64,000 nucleotides of DNA from Azolla caroliniana (taxonomy: Eukaryota; Plantae; Polypodiophyta). The notes below the pieces were generated by a model. The model did no database searches and was not told the origin of the DNA. It saw only the letters and a program-made list of their open reading frames with translations. Below are positions 33,853 through 46,774 of this stretch, in pieces (position 1 is the stretch's first letter; each line of letters opens with the position of its first letter). The position numbers were made by a program, and so were the translations under genes. The stretch covers positions 18,538,001 to 18,602,000 of the forward strand of contig JBHGNT010000004.1 of the NCBI GenBank assembly GCA_043228905.1, given 5' to 3'.

Positions 33853-36800
33853 TCACTCCGGCATGGGATATCTTAGTAGTCTGACCCGCTTCCGACATGC
33901 ATCCAACTTGTCAAGTGTCAGTACTTTGGTCAGTATATCTGACCCGTTCTCGGTCGTGTGGATCTTCGCCAGCGCGAACTCCTGGTATTCTACTCTTTCC
34001 CGGATCCAGTGATACCTACGCTGGATATGCTTCGTCCAGGAATGGTAGGCCGCATTCTTAGCAAGGTGGATGGCACTTTTACTGTCACAATAGAGCCGAT
34101 ATTCATCTTGCCGGATACCGAGCTCTCCGATGAAGTCCTTCATCGATAATATTTCCTTGCCGTCTTCCACAGCCGCCATGTACTCCACCTCCGTGGTTGA
34201 CAACGCAACCATCTTCTGCAGCCTTGATTGCCACCAAACACCTCCCCCTGCATATGTCATTACATACCCGGATGTAGATCGGTTGGTATCCACATCAGCC
34301 GGCATGTCCGAATCGGTAAAACCGTCAAGTTGAGGTTTTTCGGAGCCGAATCGGAGACACATATTTGGAGTGCCATTCAAGTACCGGAGTATCCATTTGA
34401 CCGTGTTCCAGTGCTCCTTGCCGGGATTGCTCATAAACCGGCTCAGCACTCCGACTGCGTATCCTATATCCGGTTAGGTACACATCATTGCGTACATTAA
34501 GCTCCCGACGGCAGAGGCATATGGAACCTTCATCATATCTGCCTTCTCTGCTTTCATCTTCGGGCTTTGCTTACCGGATAACCTGCAGTTTGCCGGAAGT
34601 GTCGATCCGACCGGTTTCGCATTTGACATGTTGAACCGCTGAAGCACCTTTTTCACGTACTTCTCCTGCGACAGCCATAGTTGCTTCGTTGGCCAGATCC
34701 GGATGATATGCATCCCCAACATCTGTCTTGCCGGACCCAAGTCTTTCATTGAGAAGGTTCAGTTGAGAGCCTTCTTCAGCATCCGTTTTTTTGCTTGGTC
34801 CCGTCTGACGATCAACATGTCGTCCACGTACAAAAGGAGTATCAGGAAGTCGCCTCCTTCGAACTTCTTCACAAACACACAGTGATCGGCCTGCGTCTTG
34901 TGGTACCCTTGATCGGTCATGAAGGAGTCGAACTTCCGGTACCATTGTCGGGGAGCCTCCTTCAATCCGTACAGGCTCTTCTTCAACCGGCATACCAGGT
35001 GCTCCTTCCCTTTCTCCATGAATCCTTCCGGTTGCTGCATGTAAATTTCCTCTTCGAGGTCACCGTGAAGGAATGTCGTCTTCACGTCCAGCTACTCTAC
35101 CTCGAGGTCCATGCTTGCCGCTATACTCAGCACTGTCCGGAGTGAGGTCATCTTTACTACCGGAGCAAATATCTCGTCGAAGTCCACGCCCTTCTTTTGC
35201 TGGAACCCCTTCACCAAGATTCTGGCTTTGTATCTCGGGGGGTTGCCGGCATCTCCCAGTTTCAACTTGTACACCCACTTGTTTCGGAGTGCCCGCTTTC
35301 CTTTTGGCAACTCCATCAATTCGTACGTATGGTTCTCATGCAGGGAATCCATCTCATCATGCATGGCACTTAACCATTTTCGGCTGTGGGTGTCATCCTT
35401 CGCTTCTTTGAAGCTTTCTGGCTCCCCCTCATCGGTTAGCAACACAAGCTCTACATCCGGAAATCTCCGGGGGGGCCTTCTCTCTCTGAGAGGATATCTC
35501 CGTCTCTGGGCTTCCGTAACCGGCTCCTCCATTTGCTCTTCATCCGAATCCGATTTGGGGCCTTGGCCGGTTCCGATTTCAGCTTCCTCTACTTCTTCTT
35601 CTACCGATTCGGTATCCTCACCGTAACCGGCTGGTTCCTCGAGTGCTAACCGGTCTCTTGCCGGTTGAGTCGGCTCATCGTAGAATTGATCCTTACCGGT
35701 CGACTCGGAGTTCATTATCTTCTTCTCCGACTCCCAGTCAGCGAGCGTCTTGTCCTCCATGAAGATAATATCTCAACTCCGGAATACCTTCTTGTCGACA
35801 AGGTCCCACACTCGATAGCCGAACACATCATCGCCGTAACCGAGGAATATGCATGGCCGGGTCTTCGGATCTAGTTTTCCTCTCCAGTCCTTAGCTACAT
35901 GCACATACGCGAGACACCCAAATACCTTCAGATGCCGGTAGGACACTTCCTTACCGGTCCAGACTCTTTGTGGCATGTCTCTGTCCAAGGGTACTGAGGG
36001 TGATCTTTTTATCACATATGTCGCCATCGACAGTGCCTCAGCCCAAAACTTCTTGGGTAGTTTTGCATGCGCCAGCATACTTCGGACCCTCTCCATTATG
36101 GTCTGGTTCATCCTCTCGGCCAGCCCGTTTAGTTCCGGCGTCTTCAACACGGTAAATTCGAGTCGGATTCCCTTCGAGCGACAGTACTCCTCGAACTACC
36201 CCCGGTATTCACCTCCGTTATCTGCTCGAACCACCTTCAGCTTCCGGCCGGTTTCTCTTTTCACTCTCGCATGGAGCTCCTTGAAGACGGATAACACTTG
36301 ATCCTTCGTCTTCAACGGTGTGGCCCACAACTTCCGGCTGTGGTCATTTATGAATGTCACGAAGTACTGCGATCCGGCATGTGACTTCGTGTCCACTTGA
36401 CATACATCAGTATGCACCAACTCCAGTTGTGCATTACGTCTCATCGGTGGCCTCGATCGGAAGGACGTCCGGTTTTGTTTACCGGCCAGACAGCCAGTGC
36501 ACTTCTCCAAGTGCACGTTCTTCACTGGAATGAGGTTGTCGTCTGCAAGCCTCTTCATCCCCTTCTCGCTCATGTGACACCGCCTCTTGTGCCACAGCTC
36601 ACCGGCAGTGTCGGATGCCACGTTCACTTCCTCCAGACATAACCGGGCATTCATCAGGTACAGGGTGTTTACCTTCCGGGCTCGAGCCACAATCAGGCTC
36701 CCTTTGCTAAACTTCATAGCAACGTTCCGGATGCTACTTGTGTAGCCTTCATCATCTAGCCGACCGGCTGATATCAGGTTCAGATGAACCTCCGGAACGT

Positions 36801-37300
36801 GTCGGACATCCTTCAGCAACAGATTGCATCCGGTTGGTATTGTCAACCACACGTCTCCTATGCCGACAATTCAGCATGTACCTTCATTCCCCATCTGGAC
36901 ACAATCGTGATCACCGACTAAGTAGGATGAGAAGCATTTCCGTTCCGGGGTAAGGTGGAACGACGCTCCGGGGTCGACCACCCAGGTCATCTCGTCGCCG
37001 GCAAAGTTTAGCTCACTCACCTCGGTGATGAGCATAAACTCTTCTTCACTTGCCACGATTGTCGTCGTTCCCTTCCGGTCCGGCCCCCTCTGGTCTTTAC
37101 CGTTCCGGTCCGGTGTCCGCTTCGAATCGGTACCGTCGGTTTCCTTGTCTTTTCGGAAATGCCGATAGTTCTTCTGGAAGTGTCCCGGCTTGCCGCAATA
37201 GAAGCAAGTAGGCCTCCCCCTTGACTTTGACCGTGTCCCCGACTTTTCCCGGTTCTGGGGACTACGGTGCCTTTGTCTTCCGCATTCCGACTTCTTCCCG
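33853..37300 (-). pseudogene. pol: copia A gag (end)-pol
   Basis: CFYCGKPGH, WVVDPGASFH, LWHKR..H, ADNGGEY, NGLAERMN, YKARILVKGF, YVDD and KHIQRRYH motifs; multiple stops. Confidence 0.93.
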
Positions 37301-38030
37301 GCATAACCAGGCATAAATTAGGTACAATGTGTTGAATTTCTGGGCCCTAGCTACTATTAGGCTCCCTTTGCTGAACTTCATGACTCCGTTCCAGATGCTA
37401 CCCGTGTAGCCTTCATCATCTAGCCAGCCGACTGATATCAGGTTCATTCGAACCTCCAGAACGTGTCGAACATCCTTCAACAGCAACTTGCATACGGTTG
37501 ATGTCGTCAACAGCACATCTCCTATGCCGATAATTAGGCATATCCCTTCATTCCCCATCCGGACATAGCTGTGCTCATCGGCTGTGTAGGATGAGAAGCA
37601 TTTCCGGTCCGGGGTAAGGTGGAACGATAGTCCGGAGTCGACAACCCAGGTTGTCTCGTCAACGGCAAGGTTCAACTCACTCTCCTAATTGATGAGCATA
37701 AACTCTTCTTCACTTGCCGCGATTGCCATCGTTCCCTTCTGGTTCGGTCCTTGCTAATCTGAACCGTTTCAGTCTAGTGACTTCTTCGAATTGGCATTGT
37801 CGGTTCCCTTGTCTTTCCGAAAATGCCGACAGTTCTTCTAGAAGTGCTCTGGCTTGCCACAATAGAAGCGAGTGGGCCTCTCCCTTTACTTTGACCGTGT
37901 CCCCGAATTTTCCTGGTTCTGGGGACTCCGATTCCTTTATCTTCCGCGTTCCGATTCGGTAAGGGGCACTTTGGAGTCGGAGCTCGTATCCTTGTCTTTC
38001 TGAGGCGCCTCCTCATCTAGCAAGCTTGAC
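37301..38030 (-). mobile_element. Second, diverged copia A gag-end/PR/pre-integrase fragment
   Basis: WVVDSGLSFHLTPDRKCF and LLLKDVRHV duplicate ~36640-37300 with many differences; possibly the remainder of the element whose LTR lies at 23766. Confidence 0.8.
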
Positions 38031-38485
38031 CATTTAACACAAAGTCCTTTCAACACAAAGCACCGTCTACGACCACGGAAGATTGAAGAAGGAGATTGAG
38101 TGATAGTCTATGACAGTAGTTTGGATCATCAACACATAAGGATATGGAAATTCACTCAAAGCTGGTTCGGACCATACGAGGTTCGAAATATTGGAACTTA
38201 CCGGCTAAGTGATCTAGATGGAACAATACTTCGAGTGCCTGTAGCGGGGAAACAAGTGAAGATTTTCAAGAAGCAAAGTGACGCCGAACCCTATGTAACT
38301 TTAGACAAATCCGACACAAAGGAGCAATCGGACAAGGATCACGAAAGTGTAGAAAGCGAGGAAAGTGAGCTAGATTTAATAATCGACAAAGGGGAAAAGA
38401 TAGAGGGTGTGACAGATGAAGGAAAGTAACAAGTAGCAGCAACTTCGGCACATACCGGAGGATGTGTGGATTCGGAGGGGGTGAG

Positions 38486-39113
38486 TGTTGTAGTGTATTT
38501 TGTACACTACATGAAAAACGTATAAAATAACCGAATAAATATGAAGAAAAAGAAGAAAGTATTAAAATATGTGTTACATGCATAGGCCAAGATTTGAACC
38601 TTGTACCTCCATGTTATTAATTCTGGGCCTCACCATTATACTAACACGTCATGAGTGTTAAAAGTGTAGATATCCCATATACAAAGATGATATCACACAT
38701 ATTTTCTAGGAAAAGCTTTAGTTAGAAGAAAATGCATGACAGAAAAAAGCTACACATGCACATCTAGTGTGCATGAACACTATAGTTGATAAAAAACACA
38801 TGATCACTTTTAGAAAAAGCATGGAGTCATAGTTAGAGAAAAATCATGAATTGATAAGCCTCTCCCATTACTATATAAGGATGGGGAGCACAATGTAATG
38901 GGGGGGGGGGGGATCTTTGAAAATTGGATATGTTTCTAAATACCGATTAATAAACTATACTCGTGGGATTCACGAGGTTTCTATATTCTTCTCTTTCAAT
39001 CTGAATTCATACTCTTATCTAAATATTGATTAATAAAATACATTATACTTGTGGGATTCACAAGTTTTCTATCTCTCTTTCTTGCAATCTATTCATAACT
39101 AGACTCGTCTCAA
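38486..39113 (+). repeat. 3' LTR of gypsy D (probably clipped at its 3' end)
   Basis: TGTTGTAGTG after the PPT; similarity to the 5' LTR stops at GTCTCAA. Confidence 0.85.
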
Positions 39114-39534
39114 GCACTTTTTATCTCACATTTTGCGATCTTAATCACACCTAGTCATTAACTATAGATCCACCAACAAAGGTTATGCTTCCCTAGTTAA
39201 AGAAATGTGTAGGCATGGTGCCATGACAAGAAGATTCACATTGTTGTTTGTGTGCACGCGATTCATTTTCCTAAATAATCTCCATATTCATGCAATAAAA
39301 ATGATAAAAACAATATGGAAAGAAGAACAAAAACCAAAGTTGCATCACACATTCATTGGGAATGAATTCAAGAGCATGCTTCAACCAGGGCAAAAAACTG
39401 GCATTTGCCCCAACAATGTTGCACTCCTACACAACGTTCGTGAAGAAACTATATGTCACCCATGGTTTCCTCATAGATGTTTGGTCAATAATTACATCCA
39501 CCCTTGGGATATGCTCGGCACATTAAGGCCCAAC

Positions 39535-39832
39535 GGAAAATCAGGTTCAACACAATGGCTTGAATCATATTGACGTGAGATATCACTTTGTTCGGAACTA
39601 CATCATTTCAGGAAAAATCAGCCTCGAGAATATATCTACAGCCCATAATGTCGAAGATGGGATGACCAAGTGTCTTTCGGCAGATCGATTATGATCCCTA
39701 TGGCACCAGATGGGCATAATGAATAATCGGTCCGATTGAGCCGAACATTCAGAATGGTTTAGAACAATCATCATCGATAGTTCGAAGTTCGGTCTCAATT
39801 CCTTTGACTATGGCCGATTCGGCCTTTTGTTT
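39535..39832 (+). pseudogene. Copia family F RNase H end and 3' UTR
   Basis: HIDVRYHFVRNYIISGKISLENISTAHNVEDGMTKCL; joins 55447 onward across the TGTTT TSD. Confidence 0.8.
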
Positions 39833-40127
39833 TGTTGAGAGACAAGGTCAACACTGGGTACGTAAACGGGTGTGTAACCCAGTACGTAGATTGGGTGCAT
39901 AAAACCATACGCAAAATATGCTCGTGGTGGTGTTTAAACCAAAAGGCCATTAGAATGTTATTCCTCGTAACGAATAGTTTTGGGAGTTAGTGTAGGAGGC
40001 TCATTTATGAGCGGTCAAATACTGTCAGTACTTGTGTTAGCCCAATAGTTGGGGCTTGTATAAAAGGTGCTCATTGAGCATGAAATATGTCCAGAGAATT
40101 ATTTTGAATATAGTTTTTGTAGTTTCT

Positions 40128-40166
<39 letters not shown>

Positions 40167-40867
40167 ATGATTTCTCTGTTTCACTGAACTCTCGTACTTC
40201 CGAACAATGTACTTTGTGTTCTTACACATACGCTTCTGCATAGGTATTCTTTTACATGGTATCAGAGTGCGAGGATTGAGACTCCTCTACAACCGACATA
40301 AAATCTTGCAATAAAAATAGAGTTAAGTTATTGTCTATGAAAAGGATAAGACAACAATATTGTTGAGATACAAGCTCAACATTGGCCGGATCGGCTGTGC
40401 AAGCTAAGAACCGGATCGGTTGGGTCCGATCGGTTAGGCCGGACCGGTGCGTAAAACGGATGCGTAAACCAGTACGCAAACTGGTGCGTAACGAGAGGTC
40501 GTGTCGGTGCGTAAACCGAAAGGCCGTTAGAGAGATATTTCTCGTAAGAAATAATTTTGGGAGTGAGTGTCAAGGCTCATTTATGAGCAGTCAAGTACTG
40601 TCAGCCCGATTGTCAGGGCTTGTATAAAAGGTGCTCACTAAACATAGTGTATGTATAGATCGAGTATTATTTGAATTAAGTTTTTAGTGTGTCTCTCTGT
40701 CTCTCCCGTGTACTATGTACATTCAAGCTCTCCATTAAACTTGCGTATTTTCTGTGTTCGGTTTTCTATTTCTTCCGCACATAACCTTTCAGAGCGCGAG
40801 GGGTGAGAACCTCTGCGGTCAACATAGCTTCAAAAGAAAAAACAACCAAGAAAAACAGGTAAAACCG

Positions 40868-43800
40868 ATGGATAGAGGCATGGCTAGCTCGCTTCCAATG
40901 GAGAAGCTCGACAGAAACAACTACGCATCTTGGTCCTACAAGATGCACCAGTACCTGCTTGGGCACGGTTACCGGAGCTATGTCGACGGAGCAAATGACA
41001 CAACACCTGAATCAACGCACAGAGATTTCTCGGCGTGGGAACAATCGGCGAGCAGAGTACTATACTGCTTCGTGTCTTGTGTGGGCGAGCAGCTCCTAAG
41101 CTACATTTGGGATGCAAAAATGCCGAAGGATGCTTGGAGAAATCTGAAGAAGATTTTCGCCACAAGCACTACAACCAGGAAGCTTCAATTCCGACAGGAG
41201 TTGAGCAACCTAGGACAACGCGACTTGTCGGTGGCCGATTACACCTCGAAGATCAAAGACATATGTGACTCCTTAGCCTCCATAGATGTGAACGACGAGG
41301 AAGCCGAGATGGTGCAGATCTGTCTCAAGGGATTGGCGTTGAAGTTCAGAGCGTTCCGAACTGTTGTGTGTACACGGGAGAATACATCGTCATTTTTCGA
41401 CTTACAGTTGATACTCCTTATAGAGGAGATCCACGCGGGTGCGTCGACGAGCATGCATGCCGACAACAAGATGTTGTACACGGAGGGAGATAGGCCCATG
41501 GTTGTGGCGGACGAGGCGAGTCGGTGCGCAATGGAGGCAGCCGACGGGATCAAAGAAGAAGGCACCGAAGCGATGCCGACAACAATTCCGAACCCTCTGG
41601 AAACAGGGGGAGTCGAGGCGACAAGAACTGGCAAGGCAAATCCATGGCGGAATGCTGGTACTATGGCAAGAAAGGCCACAGGGAGAGCAATTGTTGGAAA
41701 AAGCGCGCCGATTTGGAGAGAACCGGGTCCGGATCAGGTTCCGGACAGACCGACAAGGGAAATCGACAACGATCGCACTACGCCGAAGGATCCGGAAAAG
41801 CCGGAAAAGGGTCAGTCTTTGTGACGAGACACGAAGCAAACTCGATGAAGAAGATCACCCCGAAGTCGGACGAGGTGTGGTACGTCGACTCCGGCACGTC
41901 AAACCACATGACGTGCCACAAGGAGTGGTTCTCGTACCTGGAAAAACCGATGCAACCGGGAGTAGTCGCAACTGGAGACGACACTCCGCATCCGATCACG
42001 AATGTCGGTGAAGTTCCCTTGAGCCATGTCAGGCAGAAAGGGAAACTCATGAACGTGTTAACGTCCCAACAATCATGAAGAATCTGGTGTCAGTCGGGCA
42101 AATCGTCGACTAGGGGATGCAAGTCCGGTTCATGCATCTACGGTGCTTCATCAAGGAAGAAGGTCGTGTTATTGCGCAAGGGCGCCGAGACGGGAGGATG
42201 TTTATCCTCGACTCTAGTGACGGTGGCACTGCAATGTTCGCGAAAGGACAAAAAGTCGAGTTGGATATTGACTTATGGCACCAGCGGATAGGCCACGTCA
42301 ACTATCAACGGCTTTAGGACCTGCAATCGAAACAGGTGGTGTTTGGATTGCCCAAATTTAGTGGCCGGAAGGAACAAATTTGTGAAGCCTGCCAACTAGG
42401 GAAGCAACACCGACTTCCTTTCCCCAACGAGCATAACCGGAGCCGGAACAAACTCGGCTTGATACATTCCGATGTATGGGGGCCGGCACAGAACATTAGT
42501 CTTGGCGGGAGTAGATATTTCATCTCCTTCATCGACGACCATACGCGGCACACGTGGATCTACCTCATCGAGAAGAAGAGTGAAGTCTTTGACTGTTTCC
42601 GAGACCTGAAAAGTTTCGTCAAGTTCTTGCGGTCTGATGGAGGAAAAGAGTACTTTTCCAGTCAATTCAACGGCTATCTGCAACAGATGGGAATTCGGCA
42701 CGAATTCAGTTGTAGATACACGCAAGAGCAAAACGGCATGGCCGAGAGGAAGAATCGGTCGATTGCGGAAGTGGCACGGACAATGCTAGAAGAAAAGAGC
42801 TTGCCCAAGTTCTATTGGGCCGAGGCGGTACGAACCGCGGTATACATCCAAAATCATATCGGAGAAAAAGTGTCGGCGTATGAGCTGTATTTCGGAAGGA
42901 AGCCGAATCTGCGACACTTGAGGGTTTTCAATAGCGTTGCGTATGTGCATGTGCCAAAGGAGAAACGGAGGAAGCTGGATGCGAAAGCCGAGAAGTGTAT
43001 CTTGGTTGGCTATTCGGACGAGCAGAAGGGTTATAAGTGTTATAACCCTCGCACCAAACAAGCGCGCGTGAGCCGTGATGTTGTGTTTGACGAGTCCGCG
43101 TCCTAGTACTTGCCTCCGACTCCGGACCTCACCTCCAATCCGAGTTCTGAAGTGTCCAGGTTAATGAGGCCGAGATGCCTCCAAATGAGCCTAAAATCGG
43201 GACCCGCGAAGAGAGTCTGATTTCGTTTCAGTTAAGCGGACCAAATGGATGACTAAGTCAGTTCGACTGGTCCGATGAAGAGCCGGTGAGTAGTGGAGAC
43301 TCGGATGTGCATTCCCCATGTAGGAAGCCGAGGAGATGGTTTATGCGCAAGGAAAAAGGGAAGAAGAAGGTGTCGGATTATGGCACGGATAGGAACGAGT
43401 CGGATCGATGCGAGTCCAACTCCGAAGGAAGTGATGACGGGTCTTCGAGAGCGAAGTCCGCATCGGCTAAGAAAGCCTCAATATCGGCTAATGAGCAATT
43501 ACGCCGATCTACCCGCCAGAAGAACCCTATTGTGCGGTTCGGATACAATGAGTACATGGCGCATCACTATGCATACATGACCCCTGTAGCGGAAGTGCAT
43601 GAGCCGGAGAGCTACGCAGAAGCGGCGAAAGACGTGCACTAGTGTGCCGGGATGGAGGAAGAGATGCGCGCATTATTAGCAGAGAATGAAACCTGGGACC
43701 TAGTTGACGCATCGAAAGGTGTGAAGCCAATCGGATACAGGTGAGTGTACAAGGTCAAGTACAACATTGACGGCTTAGTCAACCGATATAAGGCCCGATT

Positions 43801-45892
43801 AGTAGCGAAAGGTTACGCGCAGAAACATGACATCAACTACGATGAGATGTTTGCGTCGGTCAAGAAGATGATGACCGTCCGTGTTTTGCTTGCGGTAGCT
43901 GCAGCAAAGGGGTGGCACTTACATCAGATGGATGTAAAGAATGCGTTCATGCAAGGTGAGCTTGAGGAACAGGTGTACATGGTACAGCCCCCCGGATTTC
44001 ACTCCGGAACGAACATTTCGGCGGTTTGCCAATTGAAGAAGTCCCTTTACGGACTAAAGCAAGCCCCGCGTGCTTGGAACGCGAAGATCACGCAACGTTT
44101 GCGTCAGTTGGGCTTTGCGACGTCAAAATCTGACTCCTCACTGTTCATCCGGAAAGGTCGACTCATCACCAGCGTCGACCTTGGTGAAATTGACCGCGTG
44201 GAGCTCCAGCTTGCGGCATCGTTCAACATGAAGGATCTGGGGAACCTTCATTACTTCCTCGGGATCAAAGTGATCCGCACCCCCGAAGGCATATTAATAA
44301 GCCAATGTCATTACGCGTTGAATATGCTCTTCAAGTTCATGGTGCGACCTACCGAGGAGCACCTTCAGTGTGCGCAATGTGTACTACGGTACGTAAGCAG
44401 CAATATCGGTTAGGAAACAGGTCCCTCCGGATGGGAAGTCAGAAGAACAGTACTGATGAGCAAACTACCCAGCTACGGAAGACCCGGTGAGAACCGGATG
44501 ACGAGTACCCAGCTACGGAGAGCCAGATGTTGCAGACCCCATGAGAACCGGATGACGAGTACCCGACTACGGAGAGCCGGATGGTGTAGACCCGATGAGA
44601 ACCGGATGAGGAGTACCCGGAAACGGAAGACCCAGTGAGAACCAGATGACGAGTACCCAGCAAGCGCCGGATGATGCAGGCCCGATGAGGAGTGCTCACC
44701 GGACAAAGAGACATATTCGTAAATATGTTTCTGAGAGTCCATCGTGGCTATATTTGTAAATAGCCGAAAAGTCATATTAGTATAAATATGACTTAGGGCA
44801 AACTTTTTGTTATACAGTGCGAGAGAGTTGTTGTCATTCTTGTTGGCGCTAGATTAGAGTGCAACAATGTACAGAGAGAGTGAGAGAAAGAGGGAATTGC
44901 CTCTGTTGTAACTGCTGCTTGTGGGGAAGATCGTGAGCACGAGGTCGTTGCCTCCGTGAGCTCACTGTTGTAATTATTGTTATATAGTGATAGTTAGCAG
45001 TTAGTGGACTGCCGTGGTTTTTCCCACTCAGGGTTTTCCACGTTAAACATCCTGTGTACTCTTCTCTCCATTGTATCGTGCTATCATTTCCCGTTTTTTC
45101 TGTGTATGATTCTAAGCTCGGTTGTGGCCGAGTATTGCGCATAGGGAGCGAGCAGTTCCTGTCATCTTCCACGCGCGGACTAAGCACATTGAGGTGAACT
45201 ACCATTTCGTCCGTGAGCGTGTCCTCTCCGGTGAAGTTGAACTTCAGTATGTTCCGACGGATCGGCAGAACGCCGACATCTTCACCAAGCCTCTTGGTCT
45301 GGACAAGTTGCGGCAATTCTCGGGTGCGCTTGGGTTGCGTCACCTTAACGTGCCGAACTTGAGGGGGAGAGATGTCCATGATGACCACGGAAGAGAGCAG
45401 GAAAGGAGCGGAAAAGACCGTGATGCCGAGTCGGATGATGAATTCGATTTCGGATCGGCTGAAGAAGCCGAGGGCGGATCCGCGGAAGAGTCCGAAAGCA
45501 GACATAAGGGGGGCAGTCGAAAGAAAGAGTCGAAGCCAACCAAGCATGGGGGAGACAAAGCCATCAAGGGCGAGAAGACCGAAGACGAGTTGGAGACAAC
45601 CAACTCGAACGAGAGCGAAAACCAATCGGAGGAAGCCGAATCGGTTCGGATGTTTGATTCGGATACGCTGAATCAACCAAGGGCCAAGTGGAAGAGAAGG
45701 CAGTAGAAGAGGCGCCAACACCGCAACAGCAAGGAAGCTAAGAAAGGTCGTGTGAGCAGACAAGCCGACCGGAAGGATCGAGATGCGCGGAATCGAACAG
45801 GTCGAGAAGCGCGAGCAAGGCGTGAAGCTAGAAGGAACCGGAGCACAGATCCGGAAGAGCGGATGGAACCTCAAGTTGAGCTTGAGGGGGAG
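40868..45892 (+). pseudogene. pol: gag-pol of copia B'
   Basis: EKLDRNNYASW, WYVDSGTSNHM, CEACQLGK, RSDGGKEY, YKARLVAKGY and NADIFTK motifs. Confidence 0.92.
44408..45164 (+). mobile_element. Solo LTR of family A inside B'
   Basis: (G)GTTAGGAAACAGGTCCC...GTTCCTGTCA; expanded ~40-bp repeats; no TSD, and roughly 300 bp of host pol is missing at the site. Confidence 0.88.
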
Positions 45893-46738
45893 TGTTGAGA
45901 TACAAGCTCAACATTGGCCGGATTGGCTGTGCAAGTCGAGAACCGGATCGGTTGGGACCGATTGGTTAGGCCAGACCGGTGCGTAAAAAGGATGCGTAAA
46001 CCATTACGCAAACCGATGCGTAACCAGAGGCCGTATCAGTGCATAAACCGAAAGGCCGTTAGAGAGATATTCCTCGTAAGGAATAATTTTGGGAGTGAGT
46101 GTCGAGGCTCATTTATGAGTAGTCAAGTACTGTCAGTACTTGTGTCAGCCCGTTTGTCAAGGCTTGTATAAAACGTGCTCACTTAGCACGGTGTATGTAT
46201 AGATCGAGTATTATTTTGAATTAAGTTTTTAGTGTGTCTCTCTGTCTCTCCTGCGTACTGTGTACATTCAAGCTCTCCATTAAACCTGTGTATTTTCTGT
46301 GTTCGGTTTTCTATTGCTTCCGCACATAACCTTTCACAAATATGGACCGAGGAATGGGAAGCTCGACAGGAGCAACTACGCATCTTGGTCGTACAAGATG
46401 CACTAGTACCTACTTGGTCATGGTTACTAGAGTTATGTTGAAGGAGCTAACGATACAGCACCCGAATCGACACATAGAGACTTTTAGGGTTGGGAACTGT
46501 TGAGAATCGATTCATAAAACCACAAGATCAAACGATGCTGAAAATGCACTACATAGGCACATGACGACACAGTACATAGAGATTTACCTGGAAACCCTAA
46601 AAACGGGAGAAAACCATGGGAGAGCAGAAACTTCATTATATAGTGGATGTCCAAGGCAAAGATTACAACACTCTGATTATGAATGTATCACCCACACAGG
46701 GTTCTTGGCGTTTGTTGTTACGCACACAGCTATCGCGC

Positions 46739-46774
<36 letters not shown>

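Larger units (their letters stand above)
23948..37300 (-). mobile_element. Copia A element (3' LTR split by gypsy E; 5' end lost)
   Basis: 3' LTR at 23948-24403 plus 33703-33842, PPT 33843-33860, RNase H/RT 33853-35760, integrase 35773-36852, PR and zinc knuckle 36871-37300. Confidence 0.92.
17716..39113 (+). mobile_element. Non-chromovirus Ty3/gypsy family D; old, carrying nested insertions at 19121-19857 and 23766-38030
   Basis: Diverged LTR pair, Trp-like PBS, gag-PR-RT-RH-INT remnants; integrase resumes at ~38031 (HRLRPRKIEEGD); PPT GGAGGGGGTGAG before 38486. Confidence 0.9.
40361..46338 (+). mobile_element. Copia B' subfamily element inserted at the gag start of the host B
   Basis: LTRs at 40361-40791 and 45893-46338, perfect TSD AATAT; gag from ~40868; RT and RNase H partly deleted. 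Confidence 0.94.

Noticed and set aside
40754-41824. 356-aa ORF as an intact gag
   Set aside because: Starts inside the LTR and goes out of frame near 41500; the zinc-knuckle region is in another frame.
44401-44410. Recombination between two separate A insertions explaining the missing TSD
   Set aside because: A single adjacent deletion that also altered the first LTR base is simpler; the two cannot be distinguished here.
44849-45874. 341-aa minus-strand ORF as a novel gene
   Set aside because: Antisense shadow of the purine-rich copia B' region running into an unrelated solo LTR; chimeric.
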